A stretch of DNA of 62,438 bases, filler included, from Globobulimina sp. (GCA_003354225.1; 37 parts of 37 records of this genome joined end to end with filler, not necessarily neighbours in it), one strand, 5' to 3'; shown: positions 1 to 13,431, counted from the first letter of the whole stretch. Notes: generated by a model from the sequence alone, not told the origin. Program-made: numbers and translations.

Positions 1-1
1 G

Positions 2-1531
2 TATGAGCATGTTGCTGATGTCGATGATGTCGAACAAGAAAGTGAAGGTAGCAATTTTTATCGACTATTGAATGAGAGGTTAGGCGAATATTATAATACA
101 ACAGTTTTATGTGATGATTTTTACCATATTCTCGAGAAACATTGTAATGATATCGATTTTAATATAATATACGATATTATGATCCATATATTTTTGGCGC
201 ATAAAGAATGTGATGCGAGTAAGTGTGATATAATTGAGAGAAATAATCGAATACGAAGCGGTAATGAATATAATGTAGAAAAGAAAAAGAAATTATATGG
301 TATACATATTATAAATAATGCGCAAGAAATGGCAACCAAACAAATATTAGACAAACTACATTGTTTTTTTGTGCATTCCTATGATTGTGGACATCGTATA
401 ATGTATAACCGTCATAGTGAGGAAGACGAGAAAAACGACACTGTGCAAAAAAATAATTATAAACAGCGTGTCCATGGCAGAAGAGTTGTTGGTAATAAAT
501 TCACACTAAATATACAACAAAATGAGCAAGAAAATGAAGCAAATGATGATATTATATATTGCTTTGGATATCAATATTGGTATTGGTCAAATATTGATAA
601 TGCAAATATGCGTGGTGATGCTCTAATAATTCCAATGAAATATAAATCATTAAAACATGAATTACTATGCAATGCGCTCTGTAATATTGACCAACAAACA
701 TGGTGCTAATTATTAATTATATCCGATACCTATCATAAAATGAACAATGTGAAGAAAGTATATGTCGCAGATGTTAACAACCGAGGTATCAAAAACAATG
801 ACATCATAACACAAAGCCATATAATATGTATATTAATGTATTGCAATTTTGATTTATATCAAAGGGAATTTAGTCAAACATATCGTAAAAAAAAAGCGGA
901 AAATGATACGGATTTAATTGGTAGACATTGTAATTTTTATTGGATTGGTAAATTATTATATGAATGCGTCAATATTTATGGACGGAGAGTAGTGGATTAC
1001 GAATCGGAGTGTAATACTTTTTATCATGGCATAAATAAAGAAATGATGTTTACTTCGCCTATGTCGCATATATTTGCCCCATTAAGTACTAGTGATAGAT
1101 TGTCAGTGGCTAAATGTTTTAGCGATGATGGACTAATTATTGTGTTGAAATCTGATAAATATGGTCATAATAAATATTTTAATTGCTCATTTATTAGTGA
1201 TTTTGCGTCTGAATCTGAATTTTTTTTTGTTGGCGGATTATTACCAATGTTATTTTATAATATTTTAAATATTAAAAACGGATTACATTATAAACAATAT
1301 TTAAATAATTTTAGTATTTTATTTAACACTATTTTGAATGGCGTAAAATATAAATTTAAAGATGTAAATAATTCAAAAATTAAGTCTGAAATCATAAAAT
1401 TGATTAATTATAAATTGAATTCTGATGACGTTGGCAATAAAAAACGCAACATCATCATTAGCAGTCCCATCTGTGAACTAGTCCTAATCAGGGGCCCCCT
1501 ATTTTTTCACTACTTACTGCAGGCTGGTTGA
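2..1531 (+). pseudogene. ADP-ribosyltransferase-like protein (R/H-S-E type), 5'-partial, one in-frame TAA at 707-709
   Basis: The frame is open from position 2. ORFs 68-709 and 740-1531 are in the same frame, separated by one TAA. Motifs: FYHG, PLSTSDRLSVAKCF, SESEFFF. Confidence 0.5.
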
Positions 1532-1592
1532 TGAGAGTAGATTGCAATATCCCTACTTATACATGTACTATATAAATGGTAGATTGATAAGG

Positions 1593-1692
1593 NNNNNNNN
1601 NNNNNNNNNNNNNNNNNNNNNNNNNNNNNNNNNNNNTTAATTAATTAANNNNNNNNNNNNNNNNNNNNNNNNNNNNNNNNNNNNNNNNNNNN
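1593..1692. other. Artificial contig linker N44-TTAATTAATTAA-N44 (first of 36, recurring about every 1.69 kb)
   Basis: The same 12-mer, with stops in all six frames and flanked by N runs, recurs throughout. The contigs between linkers are about 1589-1592 bp. ORF-track proteins containing X run into these linkers. Confidence 0.99.
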
Positions 1693-2551
1693 ACGATTTA
1701 ACTGCATTGTTACACTTGTTATGATTTATATCATTTGCTTGATTATCCTTCAGTTTCTCCGGTTTTTTATATATTTCATCGCATAAATGTGGTTCAGCTG
1801 AAATGCCGAATGAAAGCCCAATATCTTCGCCGCATTGCAATGACATAATATCTTTGCCATTGCATTCACAATTTTTTATTTCATGGATGAGAATATTCCT
1901 CCATTTCGATGCAATTTCGATGCTTTTTATCCATTCAACAATATCGTCGTTGCTCCATTTTCGAAGTTTCTTATTTTTCCACGATTTGATATCATTTATA
2001 TTGTGATTCATTTGTTTATTTTCTTCATATTCGCCATTATCCGTCATTGTATTTGTGATATTTTGATTGGAATTATATTTAATTCTGTTTCGTGTCGGTT
2101 TCTCCCATTGCGTTATTTTTGTGATCTCATTTTGATAATAAATACTTCCATTTGCGCCGACACATTGTCTCCATCCTTTTGGTAGTGCTATTCGTACATT
2201 TTTGTCTTGTAATTTTGGTCGGTGCCATTGTGTTTTTTTCGTGACATTGTTTTGGTAATACACTCGACCGTCATTTGCGATGCATTTTTTCCATCCATTT
2301 GGCAGTTTATCAGTGGACGATGTTGCAGTTAATGGATTTTTCCATGAGGTTTTTTTTGTGATATGATTTTTATAAAATAATTTGCCATCATTTGTAAATG
2401 CAACTTGCCAGCCATACGATGACATAATGGACATATAGTCCATCACTTGGTTTATATCGTTTTCATTATTCACATGGTTCATTGCGTCGAGTACCTCATG
2501 CCTTATGTATCCAAATTGCATTAACTGTGTAAGGACCTGTTGATTTGACAT
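1693..2551 (-). CDS. Protein with a UBA-like N-terminus, three WW domains and a SAM-like domain (3'-partial)
   Basis: Three WW repeats (e.g. LPNGWKKC..DGRVYYQN..TKKTQWHRP). WSNDDIVEWIKSI is SAM-like. Confidence 0.85.
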
Positions 2552-2608
2552 GTTTTGCCTGATGTTTTTACTTAAACAAAGTTGCCACTTTAAATCCTCG
2601 TTATCGGC

Positions 2609-3258
2609 ATGCTGTCATTTATTGGTAAAATATTGCGTTTTTCCATCATAATAATCTATGTTGCTCATTCAAACATATTTTTCTGTATTTCATTTGGAAT
2701 AACTGCGTGTATAACAGATGAAAATTTGGTGGAAATAATTGCAACATTATTGAATGCGACCGGACCAATCATAACAACATTAAGTATTGTATTTATAATC
2801 AATTTGGTTGCAAATGTTTACGATGCAATTGAATCATGGGAGATAGCATATATTTTATGGTCGCTTTTTTGTGCGTTTTTATATTATGCTCAAGAAATAT
2901 ATGTTTGTATTAATAAAGGAAAGAGGCGTCGACAAAGCGTAAAAACCTTTGATAAATATTTATTATATCCATTTGGGGTCAAACCATCAGAAACTGGCGA
3001 TTCAGGAATATGGAGCTTACCATTAATAGCCACAGCACCTGCGATTATTGGTGGTTATATGGCAAATTATATTTTAACTCTGCATTATGTGTTGAAGTGT
3101 GATCCACGTGCCAAAAGGGAGTGTGTTGCATAATTATCAAACAAGATCAAAATTGGATGTATTTCCTCACAAACTTAGCCTCGTCAATCTTAGCGGCATG
3201 GGGCTTTGTCAAATCTGTTGAAAGGGAAGAATTCGAACCAACTGAAGCTTTGTTATAA
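2609..3258 (+). CDS. Multi-pass membrane protein fragment with a frameshift near 3120
   Basis: Hydrophobic ORF 2609-3133 continues in a shifted frame (CCIIIKQDQNWMYFLTNLASSILAAWGF...) to TAA 3256-3258. Confidence 0.45.
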
Positions 3259-3384
3259 TGATTTAATTGTTAAATTCAAAAAAANNNNNNNNNNNNNNNN
3301 NNNNNNNNNNNNNNNNNNNNNNNNNNNNTTAATTAATTAANNNNNNNNNNNNNNNNNNNNNNNNNNNNNNNNNNNNNNNNNNNN

Positions 3385-3647
3385 ACCATAACTAGCATCT
3401 CCTTTATATCCGCCAAAATATCCTGAGCCTCTACCAAAACCATAACTTCCTCTGCCATCATATCCATATCGCCTATCACGACCACGATAACCCCCGTAAT
3501 ATCCACCACCACCGTAATATCCACCACCACCGTAATATCCACCACCACCGTAATATCCTCCTCGTCCTCGCCCTCCTCGGTTTCCTCCACCTTCACTGTA
3601 ATATCCTCCATCTCCTCGTCCTCCTACACCTTCACTGTAATATCCAT
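3385..3647 (-). CDS. Gly/Tyr/Arg-rich low-complexity exon (RGG, GGGGYY repeats)
   Basis: An 18-bp repeat encodes YYGGGG, with RGG boxes. An AG acceptor lies near 3648 with an intron upstream. Confidence 0.6.
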
Positions 3648-4285
3648 CTATATAGAAATAAAGCAAATATTTGACTTCTGGATTAGTTACAAAACGTGTA
3701 ATATTTATATTTTATAATACCTCCAGATAATAATAGTCTGCTTTTGGGACTCAATTCGTTGCCTGACGCATTTCTATTTTTTTATTGTAGGTTTTATTAT
3801 TCATACAAATCTATAACAGATATGAACCACTAAACATATTCATTTATTAAAATAATATCCGATATATTCTATTTATTGCCATACGTACCTTTGTCTGCTG
3901 TATATTTTAAATCAATTTGAATTGTTTTCTTATTCCGCTAATAAACGCGAAGAAATATCTTCTTTATGTAAATATACCTAACCAAATGATACCAACATTA
4001 GCAATGTACATATCATTAATTGGTAAAACATGATTATTGTTTTTTGAAGTTTGACTAAGGGGCCAAAGAAGAAAGAAAAAACTTGGATGACGGATCCAAT
4101 AAGACGGATCCAAGAATACTAAATTTGGATCAATAAGACACGTAAAACAAACATGTTCTGCATATTAAGTATAATTAATAAAATGTATACAACAATAAAA
4201 TGTATACAACTTATATTAAAATGTATACATCTTATTTGAGCAAAAAAAAAAAGAAAAAAAGTAAAATTATGATAGCGTTTAGCTC

Positions 4286-4675
4286 TCAAACTTGAGTTGT
4301 ATTAGCACCACAACAGCCACATGCACAGGTACAAAATCTCAAAATACAGCCATTTTTGCATCCATTCCAACAGCCACATCCAAATCCAAAACATGAAGCA
4401 CCGCAATCGTTTCCATGTGATGTGAGCGTAGGACCACAATCACAGCAACCCATTGGATCACATCCTCCGCATTTATTATACCATTGACAACAATACAAAT
4501 CACAGCAACAATGAGGAGGTGAATTGCATGACCAACACGAACAAAAGTTACACCAAAACTTTGTTACCGGCAAAAAAATACTTTTTTTAAGAAATAATAA
4601 TGCGGTAAAACATGCGCCAGAAAATCCAAATAAATGCCACACTCCAATAACATTCTTATCCTCTGTCTCCAACAC
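4286..4675 (-). CDS. Cys-rich small protein or terminal exon with a hydrophobic segment
   Basis: Dense CC, CxC and CxxC clusters follow a hydrophobic stretch. The start is uncertain. Confidence 0.55.
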   Translation of the reverse strand: MLETEDKNVIGVWHLFGFSGACFTALLFLKKSIFLPVTKFWCNFCSCWSCNSPPHCCCDLYCCQWYNKCGGCDPMGCCDCGPTLTSHGNDCGASCFGFGCGCWNGCKNGCILRFCTCACGCCGANTTQV

Positions 4676-5271
4676 TGTTTATTTATACACATAACAACTC
4701 AAATAACGCACATAAATCACATATGAGATATATAAACAAACATTGAACAGAGATTGCAAGATTTGAAATGTTCTGAAACATTAAATTGCATTCATTAAAT
4801 ACTTCCAACATATATGAATTACTTGAATTAATTATTGCCGTTAAATTAGTAACATGCTCATAAATTTGAACAATAAAATGAAATGAGCTGACATTATCGT
4901 CGATATCTTCAAATAATAATTCGTTATCATTTTCTGAATTCGAATATGAATAACTTGTAATATATATATTTTCTATNNNNNNNNNNNNNNNNNNNNNNNN
5001 NNNNNNNNNNNNNNNNNNNNTTAATTAATTAANNNNNNNNNNNNNNNNNNNNNNNNNNNNNNNNNNNNNNNNNNNNCAAACGCACTTAGCTCGAACTAAA
5101 GTTTGATGACGAAGATCGGTCAATTATTGATCAGGCAACAGCACAGATGACAATTTAACGGAAATAATTCACGATTCGGAGGAGGATATTTTAACGCTGG
5201 AAGCCAAAGAACATTATGACAATTTATCAGATTCGCATCAGTCACCAATTGATGATGAAGAAGAAGAGAAA

Positions 5272-6321
5272 ATGGAACAAGAAATCACAAATAGATTATC
5301 GCACCTTAAAATCAATAGAGATATATCTGACAATCACAGTGACAATGTTATCAATAACAATCCCTTTAAGTTTGAACCGTATCACAACAATAAAGCCGAA
5401 AATTGGGATCAGCACTGGAATGACAGCGATAATGACATTAATCATACTATAAATGCGAACGATGACGATATGATTGAACTGTATGATGCGGAGGATATCG
5501 GTGTCGATGTTGGTGACGAACATTATCAATCATTATATGACAAACACGCAGCAATAACAAACACCGATGGTATGCCGTATAAATTTAGTATGAATCGAGA
5601 ATTTTTATCCAATGAAACATTTTTAAAATATGCAATGTTTTATGGTACAATATATTTGTTAGCAAAACATTCATTGCATAAATTGTATAGTTCAAAAGCT
5701 ATAGATATTGACATTGATGCTATAGCACATAAAATGATATTAATTAGCAATGCGATAATAACAATTTTTAAGAATCATGAAATTTGGAATAAACCGCATA
5801 AAGCCATGTTATCTCCGATTAAGGACATGTTGAATGAGAATGAGAGCAATTTTATGGACATTGAGAAGGCGTTTTATTTTGTGATGCTATTTTTGTCGTA
5901 TTTTAGTGGTAAAACGAGATCAAAAAATAAGAGGATATCGCGGTTGTATAATTTCTTGTGTATTGTATGTATTATTTTAATTAAAAAATATCGGAAAATT
6001 GGCGGATTGTACATTTATACATCATATTGGAGTGAATTGTCTTCATTGTTTTTAAATTCATCCAAAATATTAAAATGGTTTGGTGATCGCAATGGATTCT
6101 ATTCAAAGTTAATGAAGAATGGCGGAAAAACATCAGCAATTATTTTTGCGTTAAGTATGGTGTATTCGCGGATATATTTATTTTCAAAAGTGATGATACC
6201 CATAATTCAGCATTATTATAGGAATACTAATCAACACATTGGCAGTGTTGCATCTGTTGCCTTTCTGATCGCTGGTTATTATAAAACCGGTGATGGATTT
6301 ATTAACACTTTTATTCAATAA
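5272..6321 (+). CDS. TLC (TRAM/LAG1/CLN8)-like membrane protein with an acidic N-terminus
   Basis: WSELSSLFLN and FALSMVYSRI resemble TLC motifs. Several TM helices. The frame is open somewhat upstream of the ATG. Confidence 0.55.
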   Translation: MEQEITNRLSHLKINRDISDNHSDNVINNNPFKFEPYHNNKAENWDQHWNDSDNDINHTINANDDDMIELYDAEDIGVDVGDEHYQSLYDKHAAITNTDGMPYKFSMNREFLSNETFLKYAMFYGTIYLLAKHSLHKLYSSKAIDIDIDAIAHKMILISNAIITIFKNHEIWNKPHKAMLSPIKDMLNENESNFMDIEKAFYFVMLFLSYFSGKTRSKNKRISRLYNFLCIVCIILIKKYRKIGGLYIYTSYWSELSSLFLNSSKILKWFGDRNGFYSKLMKNGGKTSAIIFALSMVYSRIYLFSKVMIPIIQHYYRNTNQHIGSVASVAFLIAGYYKTGDGFINTFIQ

Positions 6322-6990
6322 ACAAATGAAATAAGAACAGAGTGCAATGTGTTATTAATTTGTCAATGAAATGCATGTTGTAAAAAGATGAACATTTAAA
6401 AACTTTTGTTATTATTTTCTTGTTCCGTTTGCTGTTTTTGTAAAGTTGAGCAGTTGTATAAATATAATTTATCGATTACTTAGTTTTAATGATCCGACAA
6501 CGTAGTGTTGATGAGGGGATATCACACCTATTTACACGGTGTTGTTACAACTATTTCGAAAACACAATAAGGTGATCACCAGTTCGTGAATACTATGATC
6601 ACCAAACCCGTAACACAATATGTTACAATCGTGAATATGTTAACGTCGATGAATCACCATGTTATGTNNNNNNNNNNNNNNNNNNNNNNNNNNNNNNNNN
6701 NNNNNNNNNNNTTAATTAATTAANNNNNNNNNNNNNNNNNNNNNNNNNNNNNNNNNNNNNNNNNNNNCATTTTGTTGCATTTTCCTAGTGAATCTAGTTG
6801 AAATTAACTGAAAAAAAAAAAGTTATCAAACCAAAGTTTCGATAATTTTGTGTCTGCTCAAAATTAAAGACTGCCTTGTTTTCAACAGAAACGAAATTAC
6901 AAACAGAAAAGAAACGATAAATTCGTTGAAAGGAAATGAGTATTTTAAATAAACCAATACGAAAATATGAGTGCGATCCATACAGTGTTG

Positions 6991-8352
6991 CTATTCAGCA
7001 TCATCCCGCTCACTCTCACTCTCACTCAATACATCATTATCATGTTGATTTCTTTCTGTTTTCATATTACTTTCAGACTCAGTCTGTTCATTATTGTTTT
7101 TATTTTGCTCCGTCTGTGCGAGTTCAATTTGATTTTTTATAGCAACTTCTAAATCTTTTTCAATATAGCAACTTCTAAATCTTTGATGATCAAATGTATC
7201 ATATATATCTTTATCAATATTTTGTTGATTATCTTCATCATAAACATAATGTGAATATTGTTTTTTTAATGTTCTAAATGGAATATCTCGTTTACTAATT
7301 TTATCCTTATTAATCCATTGGATATATTCATGATAATTTATTCCATGTTCATCCGTTCCATCATTCTTATATCTTGGACAAAATATAAATGTCATACATT
7401 TCCAAAAACATATAATACAGCCACAAAATATCCATTTTATACAATTAAAACAGACACATAATAAATTATAACAACATGAATGATCATCATCTATTTTTTC
7501 ATCCTTTTCTATTGTATGAGCTTTCCTCCATTTACGACTAAAATAAATATATAAATGAACAATGTCGATAATAAACCACGCTTGAAATACACCGATAATA
7601 TATTGCAATAAAAATACTCTCCAAAATTCAAATGTGGCCGCACCATAAATTTGTTTAATAGAAATAAAAAAATATATAGAAAAACTTAATGATAATATAG
7701 CAGTTAAAAAAAATGTAATTAATGTCGCTTTTGCTATGCAATAACCACAATATCGACAAGTTTCACAACATCGGTCACAGCACGTACATGTCGAGCAATT
7801 TACAATTAATGTTTGAATAATATATAATAAAAAACCAATAAAAAATGATGCTGTATAATTTACTGCCAATTCGGATGATGTATTCGATGATGATCCAATA
7901 TTTGTGAATGTTAATAAATAAGATACGACTAAAGTTGCTGCAATATCACAAATTATAATTGCTATTAATATTAAACACCGATTAGACCGAGAATAAGGAT
8001 GCATTGAATGAGCACAACATGTCGACAATAATGGATGTTCATTACGTACTAAAAAGGAAAAATCTAATTTATAATTATCAGTCCATATTACTTTTCGTCT
8101 TAAATCTTTCCTTAATATTAATTGCCAAAGTTTTTGGCCTTTATATGGTTTATCTGCATTATAACCACGTTGTTCTAATATTTCTTTATAACATTCTTCC
8201 GAGGATGATTTAAATTTGTTTTTGCGACAATATTTTTGATTACAAATACAGCACGGACATACAAAAAATAATATGATAAACATGACGAGAGCGCAAAAAA
8301 CTAACCATAAGTAATCGAATCCTGATAAAGAGTCACCTATCATTCGTGCCAT
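6991..8352 (-). CDS. Cys-rich multi-pass membrane protein with a polycystin-1-like TM segment
   Basis: 453-aa ORF with several TM helices. NEHPLLSTCC..HPYSRSNRCLIL resembles the PKD1-family post-PLAT segment. Confidence 0.6.
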   Translation of the reverse strand: MARMIGDSLSGFDYLWLVFCALVMFIILFFVCPCCICNQKYCRKNKFKSSSEECYKEILEQRGYNADKPYKGQKLWQLILRKDLRRKVIWTDNYKLDFSFLVRNEHPLLSTCCAHSMHPYSRSNRCLILIAIIICDIAATLVVSYLLTFTNIGSSSNTSSELAVNYTASFFIGFLLYIIQTLIVNCSTCTCCDRCCETCRYCGYCIAKATLITFFLTAILSLSFSIYFFISIKQIYGAATFEFWRVFLLQYIIGVFQAWFIIDIVHLYIYFSRKWRKAHTIEKDEKIDDDHSCCYNLLCVCFNCIKWIFCGCIICFWKCMTFIFCPRYKNDGTDEHGINYHEYIQWINKDKISKRDIPFRTLKKQYSHYVYDEDNQQNIDKDIYDTFDHQRFRSCYIEKDLEVAIKNQIELAQTEQNKNNNEQTESESNMKTERNQHDNDVLSESESERDDAE

Positions 8353-9122
8353 GATTTGNNNNNNNNNNNNNNNNNNNNNNNNNNNNNNNNNNNNNNNNNN
8401 NNTTAATTAATTAANNNNNNNNNNNNNNNNNNNNNNNNNNNNNNNNNNNNNNNNNNNNAATTACTATCAATTATTGCATTTTAAAACGGTATTTGTGGAA
8501 TAAAAATAAATAAAATGACCGAGAAAAAGATTGAATTGATTTTAATGAAATGGATATCATTTTCGATGGATTATAATGCAAAAACAAAAGAGATTTTTAA
8601 CATTAAATTCGAGAAACATTTATCACCAAAATATTCATATAATTTTAGTGAATATTTAATAAATGTGGTATATGAAATTGGTAATTTGCTAAATATTAAA
8701 TCAATAATTAAAAATATATCGAAACTATCTCCAAAATTGTGTGCATAATAGATGGTTTTTTTTTCAATGTATAAAATGAATAAAAAAGTAGAAATTCAAA
8801 CTTATCCAATCAATTTTTAAACTTCACACACAGTTTCTATAGGTTCCAAGGAGTTCAGAATGATTTTTTATAATTTTCTACGACCAATTTAACCTAGATT
8901 TTGAATTTTTTCCATGACCATCTATTCCTGATTTTCTTGATGCGTTAGTCTCGATGTGTATGTCAATTATTAGGGAATAAATTGTCAACAGTTGAATTAG
9001 GCACAAATTTATTGATTCGATGCTTTACTTTGATTCAGAATGAAATGGAACAAATATTAACAAATGAATCAAGCCATAGACATGAATTGTTGTTTTATAC
9101 TTGAATTGTTGTTTTATACTTT

Positions 9123-9764
9123 GTGGCCCGAAGCACTAAGCCAACAATGGAGACTGATTATTTTTCACCATTGTCACCTCGAATGCATCCAATCATTGAA
9201 GAAGTAGAAGTAGAAAACGAATTGATTACCACTCCAAGCTCAGACGCCGCAAATATTGAGAACAACATTACCGACGAACTGCCAACATATCATTCAGATG
9301 AAATATTGCATTCAATACGTTTATTTATTGACAATTTTAAATCTCCACCATCCAAGTTTGGCAATTCACCAATTGTATCATTATTATTATATATCAAACA
9401 ATTAAACGAATCTGTTCGCGATTTATTAAAATACAAAGACATATTCCAACTACTAAACACAAATAAAAATTGCCATCCAATATTATCTTCCTTAAATAAA
9501 TTCAACCAAGACATAATATCGCATATTAACAATCACACCGGTTCCCACAATCAAACCCTATCCAACACATTGGACGCCATCACATATAAAAATTGCATAT
9601 TATCCCCGCAGCATTCAAGCAAAAACAGTGGCAGTGACCAGCAACAGCAACATACTTTGAGTAAGTCGCTGTTGCAATGGTTATATCATTCTTCCTGGTT
9701 GTTTGCCACCATTTCGTGCCGGTGGCAATCATCTCATTGCACACAACTCGATGTACTCTTTTAA
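9123..9764 (+). CDS. Hypothetical protein
   Basis: 213-aa ORF with no recognisable motif, preceded by a 19-bp tandem duplication. Confidence 0.3.
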   Translation: MARSTKPTMETDYFSPLSPRMHPIIEEVEVENELITTPSSDAANIENNITDELPTYHSDEILHSIRLFIDNFKSPPSKFGNSPIVSLLLYIKQLNESVRDLLKYKDIFQLLNTNKNCHPILSSLNKFNQDIISHINNHTGSHNQTLSNTLDAITYKNCILSPQHSSKNSGSDQQQQHTLSKSLLQWLYHSSWLFATISCRWQSSHCTQLDVLF

Positions 9765-10149
9765 CGTTTAGGTAAATGCAAAGCAGTTTTTGGTTGAAAA
9801 ACGTGAGATAAATTAAATTAACAATTATTCAAGTTTATAATTACAGTGATTTGTTTGATCATGTGCCCGCTTTACTTCTGTGAGAAATGGTCGAGCTGCA
9901 ATGTTACCGAATAACAATGCAATTGTGGGTAAATATTGTTTGCCATACAAATACAATAAATATGGATTGACACAAATCCATGATTCAGATAAATTGTATT
10001 TCAATGCAGTGACATATAATTGAGCACTTCTTTTAAGATCCATTATATTNNNNNNNNNNNNNNNNNNNNNNNNNNNNNNNNNNNNNNNNNNNNTTAATTA
10101 ATTAANNNNNNNNNNNNNNNNNNNNNNNNNNNNNNNNNNNNNNNNNNNN

Positions 10150-11708
10150 TGCGTTTAAAGCTTGTAATGACGCGGGAACCGCAGCGTATATGTGTTCTTA
10201 TAATGAGATCAATGGCATTGCGGGCTGTGCGAACAGGGAGTTATTGACGCAAATATTGAGAGAAGAATGGGGCTTTCAAGGATATGTCACATCGTTAGGT
10301 TTTGTTTGGCGCCGGTTTGATTTATAAATTTTATTTCATATATATAGAGATTGTGGAGCTGTAAACGGCATTTTTAGCAAACTACATACAGCGCGGAATG
10401 CAATCGAAGCGGCTCAAATGGCTATAAAAGCTGGATGTGACTGGATTGGGTCTTGTAAAGGTTTGATTTCACATTTCATGATTTGTTGCAAACATTTCTG
10501 TTAATACTACAGGTCCTGATCCAAATTATTTATTTTTGGATTTATACTATGGCATAATTAATGGTACGATGCCTATGCAATATTTAGATAATGCATTAAA
10601 GCGAGTTCTGCCGTTTTGGTTCAGATTAGGTTTGATCGATAAACCAATCAGCAATCCATGGTCAGAGCTGATATTAATTGATGAATATAACAAACACAAA
10701 CCACTTGCTTTTGAGATTGCAGTTAAATCGATGATTTTATTTAAAAACAACAATAAATACTTACCCTTAGATTTCAACAGCTTGCAAGCAAAGAATATTG
10801 CAGTAATTGGGCCATGTGCTGACAATGCAATTTGTTATTGTGGCGATTATGCGGCAGTGCCACTGTCTTCCTTGTCGCCACTCACTGCGTTGCGCAACAA
10901 CTATGGCACTGGAATTAATATACAATATGCCGCTGGCTGTCGAGACCCATCCTGTGAGATACCAGGCGATTGGGTGCGAGTCGCCAACATTGTACAACAA
11001 AGCGATATTGTAATATATGTTGGTGGCATTTCCTACCAACAAGAAACTGAAGGAGGTGATCGAGATTCTATTGAAATGCCCATTGTGCAAAGAGAATTAT
11101 TTAAGGTGGTCTACGATGCGTCAATTAGTGGCGGTGCGGTTGTGCCAATAATATCAGTTTTATGTTATGGAGCTCCAGTAATCGATCACTTTTTATTTGC
11201 AAATTCTGTCTCTGTATTGGGTGCAGGTTATGGTGGAGAACAGATTGGCGATGCCATTGTGGGATTACTTAATGGTTCCTATGTGCCATCGGGCAGAAGC
11301 AGTGTGACTTGGTATAATTCCACCAAACAACTGCCAAATATGACGGATTATGATATGATGAGTAAACCAGGCCGAACATATAAATATTTATCAGAGAAAC
11401 CATTATTTCCATTCGGATTTGGAAGCAGTTATACGGAGTTTGTTTATTCCAATTTAAGTATTATAAATAAGCTTATTTCGCCTTGTGATACAATCCATGT
11501 TCATATTTATTTGAGCAATATTGGCAATTATGTGGGTGATGAGAGTGTATTGTTATATTTGAGTGTATTTAATAAGACCTATCCCGTCGATAATTTGCGT
11601 TTAGTTAATTTTACACGAATTGAAGGGATCAAAGTAGACCTTTGGAATTTATCCGGTCGAATTCGCCTTGAGTTCGAGTGCTTGAAACCTATGGTGGAGT
11701 GTATATGA
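10150..11708 (+). CDS. Glycoside hydrolase family 3 (beta-xylosidase/glucosidase), 5'-partial, intron-containing
   Basis: YMCSYNEING..EEWGFQGYVTS/DCGAV (intron 10294-10347 just before the nucleophile Asp), NIAVIGP, ETEGGDR, GRTYKY, PFGFGSSYT. A second intron lies at about 10461-10512. Confidence 0.95.
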
Positions 11709-11840
11709 TCTCTAAAGGGGTTTGTATGCAAATATATTTCNNNNNNNNNNNNNNNNNNNNNNNNNNNNNNNNNNNNNNNNNNNNTTAATTAATTAANNNN
11801 NNNNNNNNNNNNNNNNNNNNNNNNNNNNNNNNNNNNNNNN

Positions 11841-13431
11841 TTTAGGTTGTAATGTTTGCATAAAATCTTTCCTCCACATTTCAATGAATTCAATTTCTTT
11901 TCCTTGAAACAATTTATATAATTTAAACTCCATTTCTTTTTCTTTACTTTTATTATCTTTTCCCAAATTCAACTCATTTATATAATATTTCATTATTAAA
12001 TAATTATAATCATTTATCAAATACCAGTCAATATCCAATTCCTTATTAATATGACATTCTCTAATCACAAAACCCTGCCTTGCATTCACATGAAAATGTG
12101 CCATAATTTGCTGAATCCATTCATTTTGTGTTTCCACCAACATTTGATATCTTTTTTTTTGTTTCATCAAAGTCAATGCGTATCCCCGCAATCTATTCAA
12201 TTTATCATTCTTTCTCTTATCCAGCACCAATCCATATTTATTTAATAATTTCCGTTCGAATGAATATTTCCAACAATGTACTTTCTGCTGACAATGCCCT
12301 AAACAAACCGGTATGTGATATTCGAACTGATGTGCACAGTTTATATATTTCAGATAATTCTTTGGTATCAACAATGTTCGTGATAAGTTTTCCTTTCTTC
12401 CGCAAACAAAACATTTTAATTCAGGTACATTTATACATCGATAATAAGTTTCTAACTTATTTGCATCCATATTAATGTCAACGATTTCTGGTTTATGTAA
12501 CAATTGAATAATATATTGATTCTCAACAACTTCAACCAATTTCGCCTCGCCATTTTCTAATAAAAAATCTTTTAAAGATAAACAACCCAAAGTCAATACA
12601 TTCCCATCGACACTTAATATCGTACACAAATATCCAAATCGTTCAAATGTCACTTCTCTGCATTTTGATCGTATTACTTTCTTGTCCAGTTTCTTTAACC
12701 TTTGTTTCTGTTTAGTTTTATTAGTAATTGAACAACGATCGATTATTCCATTGTATTTATCGGAATTAATATTGGAATGCTTAATAATTTGGCGCAATAA
12801 TAAATATCGAACGAGTGCATCGTCAGCAGCATAATGTATTTGTTTTAAAGATAAATTTATTGACTCCCACTCACGATGATCAATGCCACAATGTTTGTAT
12901 TTTAGGTCCTTATTTAAAATGCATTTTGACATTCTTTCTAAGGATAAGTAGTCATTATTAGCATCATCTGAATTGCTTAAATTATGTAAATCGTTTAAAT
13001 CAACGCAGCCAAGCATTTCAATGTTATGATCCTTAAATAATTTGCTTTTATCTCCATAAATCCCAACACCACATTTTAAAATGTTGCTGTTATTCAAAAA
13101 TGATATTAACTTCATTGGTAATGGTGATATTAAATGTAAACGTATTAATAATATTAAGTTGCTATTAGCGATTTGCAACAATGATATTTTAGTTCTATCA
13201 CCTTTTTGAGATGATTTCCATTCACAATCAATACCAACAGCCAATGGGGAATATGATAATAACTCATTAATTGCCTGTTTGCATGTCTCTGAATCACGAA
13301 TAACTTTTGTTGCAATTTTTTCGTGAATGACGGTACCGGTTCTTTCTTTACGTTCCAAATAGCCAAAAAACTTAAATACCGCCAAAATACATGGGGGGGA
13401 TAGTATTAATAACAAGAGGAACAAACTGTTC
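11841..13431 (-). CDS. EXD2: EXD2-like 3'-5' exonuclease (DEDDy, WRN-exo type) with a C-terminal HNH-like region
   Basis: VGIDCEW, SLLQIA, KCGVGIYGD, WE..LSLKQIHYAADDA. N-terminal TM segment and CFVCG..IPKNY C-terminal domain. Confidence 0.8.

Noticed and set aside
4080-4232. Short direct repeats (ggatccaataagac; aaaatgtataca x3)
   Set aside because: They are too short and irregular for an array and look like ordinary slippage duplications.
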